From NCBI GenBank assembly GCA_964438065.1, contig CAYTJI010000001.1:1-24476 (forward strand): a stretch of DNA of 24,476 nt, in the 5' to 3' direction. Position numbers and translations under genes: made by a program. The notes below the pieces were generated by a model. That model had not been told where the DNA came from and searched no databases. It worked only from the letters and a program-made list of their open reading frames with translations. The first letter of the stretch is position 1. Each line of letters opens with the position of its first letter. This stretch comes from an uncultured Desulfobacteraceae bacterium. GTDB taxonomy: Bacteria; Desulfobacterota; DSM-4660; Desulfatiglandales; Desulfatiglandaceae. Of the stretch, positions 17,830-24,476 are shown in pieces.

Positions 17830-18759
17830 ATGAACAAAAATCAGAGGAACAGACTGGCAGCCATGACAGGCTACAAAACCATCTTTGACTGCCCCATGGC
17901 ACGCTATACAACCTTTCGTGTCGGGGGCACGGCCGAAGCCGTGTATCACGCTGATGATCTCGAAGAACTCAGTCAGATCATTCGATACCTGAACCGTGAA
18001 GGGATCCCCTGTTTCGTCATGGGCCGCGGAAGCAATCTCCTGATACGGGACAGTGGTATCAGCGGACTGATCATCCAACTGAAAGGCGCGTTGGCCACGA
18101 TCGAGCGGGAACACCCGGAGGATCCTACGCTTTTGCTGGGAGCCGGACTTTCCCTGGCGGATCTTCTGTCCTACTGCCGGCGTGCAGGTCTGAGCGGTCT
18201 GGAGTTCCTGGCCGGCATTCCCTGTACCGTGGGTGGCGCTGCAGCCATGAACGCAGGCGCCTTTGGTGAAGAATTCTGTCCCCGGATTCTGGAAATCCAG
18301 TGGCTCACCGCGCAGGGGGACCTCCGCGTCACGGAGCGCGCGCAACTCCGGTTTTCGTACAGAACCCTGGAAATGGAGAAAGACTCGGTAATTGTCCGCG
18401 TTCGGGTGCAGCTGCGTCATGATTCTGAAAAAACCGTCGCGCATCGTATCACTCAGTGTCTCAGGGAACGGAGACTTCGTCAGCCGCTCGAATACCCAAG
18501 CGCCGGCAGCGTATTTAAAAACCCTCCCGGCGACTTTGCTGGGAGACTGATTGAAGCGGCCGGTTTGAAAGGGAAAAAGATCGGCGGAGCCATGATCTCG
18601 GAAAAGCACGCCAACTTTATCATCAATACCGGCGGCGCAAAGGCGGAAGATATTCTGGGCCTGATGGATCTGGCTGAATCCAGAGTGAAAGAAGATACCG
18701 GTATTGAACTCGAACCGGAAGTCAGGATTCTGGGAAACGGCTTTACTGACAGCCGGTAA
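17830..18759 (+). CDS. murB: UDP-N-acetylenolpyruvoylglucosamine reductase
   Basis: YTTFRVGG, GSNLL, GGAAAMNAGA, PSAGSVFKNP, HANFIIN and LEPEV. Confidence 0.96.
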   Translation: MNKNQRNRLAAMTGYKTIFDCPMARYTTFRVGGTAEAVYHADDLEELSQIIRYLNREGIPCFVMGRGSNLLIRDSGISGLIIQLKGALATIEREHPEDPTLLLGAGLSLADLLSYCRRAGLSGLEFLAGIPCTVGGAAAMNAGAFGEEFCPRILEIQWLTAQGDLRVTERAQLRFSYRTLEMEKDSVIVRVRVQLRHDSEKTVAHRITQCLRERRLRQPLEYPSAGSVFKNPPGDFAGRLIEAAGLKGKKIGGAMISEKHANFIINTGGAKAEDILGLMDLAESRVKEDTGIELEPEVRILGNGFTDSR

Positions 18760-18794
18760 CGTTTCCGCTCACAAGGATATGAATCCCGGATAAA

Positions 18795-19622
18795 ATGAAT
18801 AAACGATCCGTGCTCAACAAACAGTCGGTAAAGAAAAGGAAAAAGAGGAAGGCCGGAAGACGCCCCCGCGGTTCTGTTCGGATGCGCAATGTCATACCCC
18901 TGCTCTTAAAGATCTCCGGATCGTGTGCGGTCGTCACAGGAATCAGCCTTTCGTTGATTTTTCTTTATCATTACGTGCTGACAACACCTTTGTTAAAACT
19001 GAAACAGGTGGAAATCGCTGGTGTGAATGAACAGATCCGGAATGAATTGATGGCCATGTGTGACTTGAGTCCGGAGCAGAATCTGCTGTTCCTCAATCTG
19101 AACGTACTGAAAAAAAGGCTCGAACAACATCCGTGGATCAAATCCGTTCAACTCAGAAGGCGTTTTCCCCACACCCTCTGCATTCGGGCGGAAAAACACA
19201 GACCCCTGGCGCTCGTGATTCGAAACGGCATCTACTACATAGACAGGGAATGTGAGATCTTCAAAAAAGTCACGCCGTCGGACGACATTGATTTCCCGGT
19301 AATCACCGGACTTTCCAGCCGGGCACAGAAGGCCCGGGAGCAGCTTCACCGGGCGGTCCGGGTCATCAATGTTCTGGAATCCCAGGATAAACCCTGGTCA
19401 TTGAAAAACCTTTCAGAGATACACATCCAGGAAGAGAGTTTATCCCTGTATTTCACCCATATTCCTGCGGCAATCATTGTGCAGTGCAACAGGATGTCAG
19501 ACAAAATGGCTGACTTGAAAAAGCTGGCCAGACACCTGCGCAGAACGGGTCGGATTCAACGTGTGACAGCCATTAACCTGAATTACGTTGACGGTGCAGT
19601 CGTCTCTTTCAGAAACGGATGA
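18795..19622 (+). CDS. ftsQ: Cell division protein FtsQ/DivIB
   Basis: A basic cytoplasmic N-terminus, one TM helix and a POTRA-like segment (HPWIKSVQLRRRFPHTL). It lies directly before ftsA. Confidence 0.88.
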   Translation: MNKRSVLNKQSVKKRKKRKAGRRPRGSVRMRNVIPLLLKISGSCAVVTGISLSLIFLYHYVLTTPLLKLKQVEIAGVNEQIRNELMAMCDLSPEQNLLFLNLNVLKKRLEQHPWIKSVQLRRRFPHTLCIRAEKHRPLALVIRNGIYYIDRECEIFKKVTPSDDIDFPVITGLSSRAQKAREQLHRAVRVINVLESQDKPWSLKNLSEIHIQEESLSLYFTHIPAAIIVQCNRMSDKMADLKKLARHLRRTGRIQRVTAINLNYVDGAVVSFRNG

Positions 19623-19661
19623 CCGCCCGTGTAACGGCGCCTGAAGCAGGAGCAGTCAAAG

Positions 19662-20885
19662 ATGTCCGGAGAAATCATAGTCGGATTGGATATCGGAACG
19701 ACCAAGATCTGTGCCGTTGTGGGAGAGGTGCGTCCCGACGGAATCGAAATTATCGGCATGGGCAGTCACCCTTCTGAAGGCCTCAGAAAAGGGGTGGTTA
19801 TCAATATCGAACAGACCGTAAACTCAATCAAAGAGGCCGTGGAAGAGGCCGAAACCATGGCCGGCTGTGAAATTTCATCGGTCTACGCGGGCATTGCAGG
19901 GGGCCACATCAAGGGGTTCAACAGCCAGGGCGTTATCCCCCTTAAAGAAAAAGAAGTGACCCGAAAGGACATCGAGCGTGTGATTGAAGCGGCCAGCGCG
20001 GTCGCCATCCCCATGGACCGGGAGGTCATCCATACTCTGGTGCAGGAATTCATTGTTGATGACCAGGACGGGATCATGGATCCCCTCGGCATGTCCGGCG
20101 TACGACTGGAGGCCAAGGTCCATATGGTGGCCGGCGCGGTCACGTCCGCGCAGAACATCATTAAATGCGCGAACCGGGCGGGGCTGGATGTGTGCAACAT
20201 CGTCCTCGAATCCCTGGCGTCGAGTGACGCCACACTGTCACAGGAAGAACGGAATCTCGGTGCGGCGCTCATCGATTTTGGTGGGGGAACGACCGATATG
20301 GCCATTTTCTCGGGTGGCAGCATCAAACACACCTCGGTGCTTGCCCTGGGAGGAGACAACCTGACATATGATCTGGCCATCGGCCTGAGAACACCGAAAC
20401 TGGAGGCTGAAAAAATCAAGATCAAATACGGATGCGCCTTTTCCTCGCTGATCGGGAAAGACGATACCATCGAGGTCCCCGGTGTGGGAGGACGAAAATC
20501 CAAGGTTCTCTCCCGTCAGGTGCTCGGGGAGATCCTGGAGCCCCGAGTGGAAGAGATATTCACCCTCATCCACGATGAACTGGTCCGTTCCGGTCACGAA
20601 GAAACCATCACATCAGGCGTCATCATTACAGGCGGTTCATCGGAGCTTGCCGGCGTCACGGAAATGGTTGAACAGATCTTCAACGCGCCGGCCCGGATCG
20701 GATACCCGCAGGGGATCACCGGGCTTGTAGAGGTGGTCAACAAACCCATGTACGCAACAGCTGTCGGACTGGTCATCTATGGCGCAAAATCCGGAAAAAA
20801 GGCAAAGAAATTCAGGATCAGGGACAGCAACATTTTTAACCGTGTGATGACCATGATGAAAAGATGGTTCAGGGAAGTCGTTTAA
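19662..20885 (+). CDS. ftsA: Cell division protein FtsA
   Basis: GLDIGTTKIC, GMSGVRLE, IDFGGGTTD, ITGGSS and a C-terminal amphipathic helix (NIFNRVMTMMKRWF). Confidence 0.97.
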   Translation: MSGEIIVGLDIGTTKICAVVGEVRPDGIEIIGMGSHPSEGLRKGVVINIEQTVNSIKEAVEEAETMAGCEISSVYAGIAGGHIKGFNSQGVIPLKEKEVTRKDIERVIEAASAVAIPMDREVIHTLVQEFIVDDQDGIMDPLGMSGVRLEAKVHMVAGAVTSAQNIIKCANRAGLDVCNIVLESLASSDATLSQEERNLGAALIDFGGGTTDMAIFSGGSIKHTSVLALGGDNLTYDLAIGLRTPKLEAEKIKIKYGCAFSSLIGKDDTIEVPGVGGRKSKVLSRQVLGEILEPRVEEIFTLIHDELVRSGHEETITSGVIITGGSSELAGVTEMVEQIFNAPARIGYPQGITGLVEVVNKPMYATAVGLVIYGAKSGKKAKKFRIRDSNIFNRVMTMMKRWFREVV

Positions 20886-20913
20886 CATTTCAGCCCAGCA
20901 AAGGAGGGAAGTC

Positions 20914-22218
20914 ATGAAATTCGAGATTGTGGATGAAAAAAAGATATACAACAACAAGACACGGATCAAGGTCGTGGGTGTCGGCGGCGGCGGCGGAAAC
21001 GCCGTCAACAACATGATCGACACAAAGCTGGCGGGCGTGGACTTTATCGTCGCCAATACGGATGCGCAGGATCTGGACAGATCCCTGTGCTCTGACCGGA
21101 TCCAGCTGGGGCCCTCCGTAACCATGGGGCTCGGCGCCGGCGCGGACCCGGAAATCGGCAGGGCGTCTGCCGAAGAAAGTATCGAGGAAATCAGAAATAT
21201 TGTGGACGGCTCGGATATGGTGTTCATTACCGCCGGCATGGGAGGCGGGACAGGCACCGGCGCATCCCCTGTGATCGCACGGCAGTGCAGGGAAAGCGGC
21301 GCACTGACGGTCGCCGTGGTCACAAAGCCTTTCAGTTTCGAAGGGGATAAGCGGATGGAAAAGGCCATGAAAGGCATCGATAGCCTCCGGGATGAGGTGG
21401 ACAGCCTGATCATTATCCCCAATGAGCGACTCAAGGCCCTCAGCGGAAAAGCCACCACCTTCAAGGATCTGATCGCCCGCGCGGACGAAGTACTGCTCCA
21501 TGCCGTCAAGGGCATTTCCGACCTCATCATGAGCAGCGGTTTCATCAACCTGGATTTTGCAGACGTCAAGAAGGTGATGGAGAAAATGGGAAGCGCCATT
21601 ATGGGGATGGGAAACGCCAGCGGGGAAAACAGGGCACTGGAAGCCGCGCAGATGGCGATCAACAGTCCCCTTCTGGAAGACATTTCCATTGACAGTGCCA
21701 AAGGCCTGCTGATGAACATCACCGGACCATCCGACATGACCATGGAAGAGATCGACGCGGCCTCCAATTACATCAAAGGGGAAGTTAACCAGAACGCCGA
21801 AATCTTCTGGGGAGTCGTATTCGATGACAGCAACAGTAACGAAATCAAGGTGACCGTGATTGCCACAGGGATAAACGGAAACGGGGACGGTAGAAGACTG
21901 GAATCGAAAGGCCTTGATCCCGAACAGAACCGGAAATCCGGAAATTACAGCAATGTGGTCAATATCGGCGAAAAGATCAGGGACCTGAGCCCGGAAGAAG
22001 CCGAAGCAAACTGGATAATCAAAAAAAAGGGAGGCGAGGTCATTCCGGAGTATCTTGAAATCCCTACCTTTCAGAGAAAAGGCTCAAATGGCGGCATTGT
22101 CCATGACAGTCCCGAGCCCCCGATCGGAAAGAAAAAAAGAGGGCTTTTCGGCCGGCTGAATATCGGCTTCAAGGACAATCTGGATTATCCGACTTTTCTC
22201 AGATTGAAAACGGACTAG
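20914..22218 (+). CDS. ftsZ: Cell division protein FtsZ with extended C-terminal tail, 434 aa
   Basis: GVGGGGGN, NTDAQ, the tubulin signature GMGGGTGTG, INLDFADV and terminal LDYPTFLR. Confidence 0.98.
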   Translation: MKFEIVDEKKIYNNKTRIKVVGVGGGGGNAVNNMIDTKLAGVDFIVANTDAQDLDRSLCSDRIQLGPSVTMGLGAGADPEIGRASAEESIEEIRNIVDGSDMVFITAGMGGGTGTGASPVIARQCRESGALTVAVVTKPFSFEGDKRMEKAMKGIDSLRDEVDSLIIIPNERLKALSGKATTFKDLIARADEVLLHAVKGISDLIMSSGFINLDFADVKKVMEKMGSAIMGMGNASGENRALEAAQMAINSPLLEDISIDSAKGLLMNITGPSDMTMEEIDAASNYIKGEVNQNAEIFWGVVFDDSNSNEIKVTVIATGINGNGDGRRLESKGLDPEQNRKSGNYSNVVNIGEKIRDLSPEEAEANWIIKKKGGEVIPEYLEIPTFQRKGSNGGIVHDSPEPPIGKKKRGLFGRLNIGFKDNLDYPTFLRLKTD

Positions 22219-22229
22219 CGGTTCACCGG

Positions 22230-22264
22230 CTCTGTTGAGGCATGGCCTCCAGAGATTAATTTGT
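22230..22264 (+). terminator. Possible intrinsic terminator of the dcw operon
   Basis: CTCTG-TT-GAGGC-ATG-GCCTC-CAGAG (10 bp with a 2-nt bulge, 22230-22254) begins 12 nt after the ftsZ stop. The tail ATTAATTTGT is weak. Confidence 0.35.
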
Positions 22265-22334
22265 CCATCCACTGAATTCAGGGCTCGGACGAGTTTCCAA
22301 CCCGGAAATGCGAAATTTTTTACGAAATCCAGGG

Positions 22335-22518
22335 AGTGTCCATCCATAAATGAGGATTTTTATTCAAGATCAAGGCGTGCGAAAAAAATAACCGCCCCGG
22401 TGAAATGGAGACACAACGGCATTTCACGGGACAGGCAGTCATCGTAGTTGATATTCCGAGGATTATTTTTTTGCGCAACGCGGATATTGGGCAAAACGGC
22501 CATTCATGCATGGAAACT
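22335..22518. mobile_element. MITE-like element C (184 bp) between ftsZ and the radical SAM gene
   Basis: Ends AGTGTCCATCCATAAATG / CATTCATGCATGGAAACT match at 15/18. Internal arms GCGTGCGAAAAAAATAACC / GGATTATTTTTTTGCGCAACGC are present. The interior is homologous to element A. Confidence 0.7.
22383..22437 (+). repeat. 55-nt direct repeat, copy 1
   Basis: AAAAAATAACCGCCCCGGTGAAATGGAGACACAACGGCATTTCACGGGACAGGCA is identical to 24422-24476. It contains the hairpin GTGAAATG...CATTTCAC. Confidence 0.95.
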
Positions 22519-22564
22519 GCTATGTGCAAGCCCTGGACATACATATTGAAAGGCGCTTAGCGGC

Positions 22565-24325
22565 GTGTCAAGTGATATCATCTCCCTTTACCGTTCCCGG
22601 CTGGCCCGGGAAAAGGGCACTGTTGTAAAAGATCGAGGGGGAAAACTGGCGGTGGCGCTGGCCTACCCCAATACGTACCGCCTCGGCATGTCGAACCTGG
22701 GATACCAGTATGTCTATCATCTCCTTAACAGACGGCCGGATGTGGTCGCAGAGCGCGTTTTTCTGCCTGAATCACAGGAAATGGCCCTTTATCTTCAGTC
22801 AGGGAAGCCCCTGCTTTCTCTTGAATCACAGGCGCCGGTCCACGATTTCGATGTTGTCGCGTTTTCTCTCTCCTTTGAAAATGACTACCTCCATGTCCTG
22901 AAAATCCTGGAATTGGCAAAAATTCCTCTTTTGGCGGAAAAGCGCTCCAAAAGCTGTCCTTATGTGATGGCCGGCGGCGTTACGACCTTTATGAACCCGG
23001 AGCCCCTGGCCCCTTTCATGGACTTCTTCCTTCCGGGGGAGGCGGAAGCCGTTCTGGACGAATTTCTGGACCATTTCCTGTCATATGGGAACGTCCATCG
23101 CTCCAGAAGCGATATTCTCCGGGACCTCTGTAGAAATATGAGCAGCGTGTATGTGCCCTCCTTCTACCATACGGAATACCACAGGGACGGCACCATCCGG
23201 TCCTTTCTGCCTACACGGGACCATGTTCCGGAAAGGATAAAAATTGCCCGTTCAACGGCTGAACAGATCCCTGCCTCCGGCATCACAACCCCGGACACCG
23301 AGTTCGGAGGCAAGGTCCTGATTGAACTCGGCAGAGGATGTACCCGTTCCTGCCGTTTCTGCGCGGCGGGATACGTGTACCGACCGCCCAGAATACCGGA
23401 TGAAACCACAACCCGTCTGGCGATTGAAGAGGCACTGCAAATTTCCCGCAATCTGGGTCTGATTGCCCCCGCCATTTCGGATATCCCCGGTATTGAAGAC
23501 CTGGCATCCCTGATCCTGGATAATGGCGGACGCTTTTCGGTCTCTTCCCTGAGGGCGGACAGCCTGACCCCGCGTCTCCTGGATCACTTGCACCGGGCCG
23601 GTCAGCGGACCATCACCATTGCGCCCGAGGCCGGCTCGGAGAGGCTCAGAAGAGTCATCAACAAACATCTGACGCGCAGCCAGATTGCCGATGCCGCAAA
23701 GCGACTGGCCTGCACGCACGCCTTTGCCGTCCGGCTGTATTTCCTTGTCGGCCTTCCGACCGAAACCCGTCAGGACATCCGGGAAATACTCGAACTGGTC
23801 AAGACGGTCAAACATCACATGATCAGGGAATCGGCGCCGCGGGGGACCATCGGGCAGATCCGGCTGAGTGTGAACTGTTTTGTACCGAAACCCTTCACGC
23901 CGTTTCAGTGGGTCCCTCTGGAGCAGATATCTTCTCTCAAGGAAAAACAGAAATGGCTGAAAAAAAACCTTGGCAGGGAAGGCGGAGTGCGGATAAACTT
24001 TGACGTCCCCAAATGGGCCTATGTCCAGGCCCTGCTTTCCATGGGGGACAGACGGGTATCTGCCATGCTCCTCCGGGCGCACGAGCAGAACGGGAATTGG
24101 ACGCAGGCCCTTCGCTTTTCCGACGTGAATCCGGATTTCTTTGTCTATCGACCCAGGGGAACGGATGAAATACTTCCCTGGGACTTTGTGGATCATGGAA
24201 TCTCAAAAAAACATCTGCTCAGGGAATATGCCCTCGCCATCCGGGGGGAACAGTCCGACATCTGCCATGTGGGCGAATGCTACCGTTGCGGCGTGTGTGT
24301 CCCGGCGAAACCGGACGGCCGCTGA
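22565..24325 (+). CDS. Uncharacterised radical SAM protein with N-terminal B12-binding-like domain (TIGR03960-like), 586 aa
   Basis: CxxxCxxC (CTRSCRFC, 23339-23362), YPNTYRLGMSNLG, FSLSFENDY, TIAPEAGSERLRRVINK, FVPKPFTPFQW and a C-terminal CHVGECYRCGVC. The family name is from recalled motifs, not a search. Confidence 0.85.
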   Translation: MSSDIISLYRSRLAREKGTVVKDRGGKLAVALAYPNTYRLGMSNLGYQYVYHLLNRRPDVVAERVFLPESQEMALYLQSGKPLLSLESQAPVHDFDVVAFSLSFENDYLHVLKILELAKIPLLAEKRSKSCPYVMAGGVTTFMNPEPLAPFMDFFLPGEAEAVLDEFLDHFLSYGNVHRSRSDILRDLCRNMSSVYVPSFYHTEYHRDGTIRSFLPTRDHVPERIKIARSTAEQIPASGITTPDTEFGGKVLIELGRGCTRSCRFCAAGYVYRPPRIPDETTTRLAIEEALQISRNLGLIAPAISDIPGIEDLASLILDNGGRFSVSSLRADSLTPRLLDHLHRAGQRTITIAPEAGSERLRRVINKHLTRSQIADAAKRLACTHAFAVRLYFLVGLPTETRQDIREILELVKTVKHHMIRESAPRGTIGQIRLSVNCFVPKPFTPFQWVPLEQISSLKEKQKWLKKNLGREGGVRINFDVPKWAYVQALLSMGDRRVSAMLLRAHEQNGNWTQALRFSDVNPDFFVYRPRGTDEILPWDFVDHGISKKHLLREYALAIRGEQSDICHVGECYRCGVCVPAKPDGR

Positions 24326-24351
24326 TAGGACATCCCGGCAGTTACCGGACA

Positions 24352-24476
24352 GAGTCCTTTGAACAACGACCGTTTTGTGCCGAATCAAGTCGAAGATCCC
24401 GGACCTTGAGCGGGGCGCGCGAAAAAATAACCGCCCCGGTGAAATGGAGACACAACGGCATTTCACGGGACAGGCA
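24352..24476. mobile_element. MITE-like element D, left part (runs off the window edge)
   Basis: It starts GAGTCCTTTGAACAACGACCGTTTTGTGCCGAATCAA, which aligns with the left end of element A (GAGACCTCTGAAAACTGACCGGTTTTGCGCCAAATCAA). It continues into the interior shared with element C. Confidence 0.65.
24422..24476 (+). repeat. 55-nt direct repeat, copy 2 (may extend beyond the window)
   Basis: Identical to 22383-22437. The preceding GGCGCGCG versus GGCGTGCGA extends the similarity. Confidence 0.95.

Noticed and set aside
18211-18240. MurB GIPCTVGG instead of the usual GIPGTVGG
   Set aside because: It is a single substitution with all other motifs intact, which is not enough to infer altered function.
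22383-22437. 55-nt repeat as a CRISPR repeat or riboswitch
   Set aside because: There are only two copies, 2 kb apart, with no spacer array and no cas genes. I recognise no riboswitch consensus, and copy 2 lies downstream of the gene in the same orientation.
22487-22520. GGGCAAAAC resembling the start of a c-di-GMP-I riboswitch
   Set aside because: The GNRA-capped P2 and GCAAAG/P3 elements are missing, and the sequence is explained as the right arm of element C.
22320-22544. Two minus-strand ORFs sharing the peptide (M)KCRCVSISPGRLFF (22320-22544 and 24203-24466)
   Set aside because: The shared peptide is simply the translation of the 55-nt repeat; there is no evidence of a gene.

Overview
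The window holds a complete division and cell wall (dcw) operon on the + strand: mraZ-rsmH-ftsL-ftsI-murE-murF-mraY-murD-ftsW-murG-murC-murB-ftsQ-ftsA-ftsZ. There is no ddl in the cluster, and a B12-binding-type radical SAM gene follows ftsZ. Gene order and protein style suggest a deltaproteobacterium (Desulfobacterota-like); this is inference. Upstream lie the 5'-truncated cusA-type Cu/Ag RND pump, a 41-codon PepSY-TM-like remnant and a minus-strand metallo-beta-lactamase-fold hydrolase. The most unusual signal is non-coding. Four intergenic gaps (mraZ/rsmH, murG/murC, ftsZ/rSAM, after rSAM) contain MITE-like long inverted-repeat elements. Three are clearly homologous, and each carries smaller hairpins nested inside, mostly with CCTG...CAGG-type ends. 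The radical SAM gene is bracketed by a 55-nt identical direct repeat made from these elements. Protein-level oddities are an FtsZ tail with two conserved C-terminal-peptide motifs flanking a MinD-like amphipathic segment, an MraZ lacking the Asp of its second DxxxR motif next to GTGTCA-type operator boxes, and a CusA with two large insertions. No rRNA, tRNA, CRISPR array or transposase was seen. All calls come from reading motifs by eye; no database search was run.
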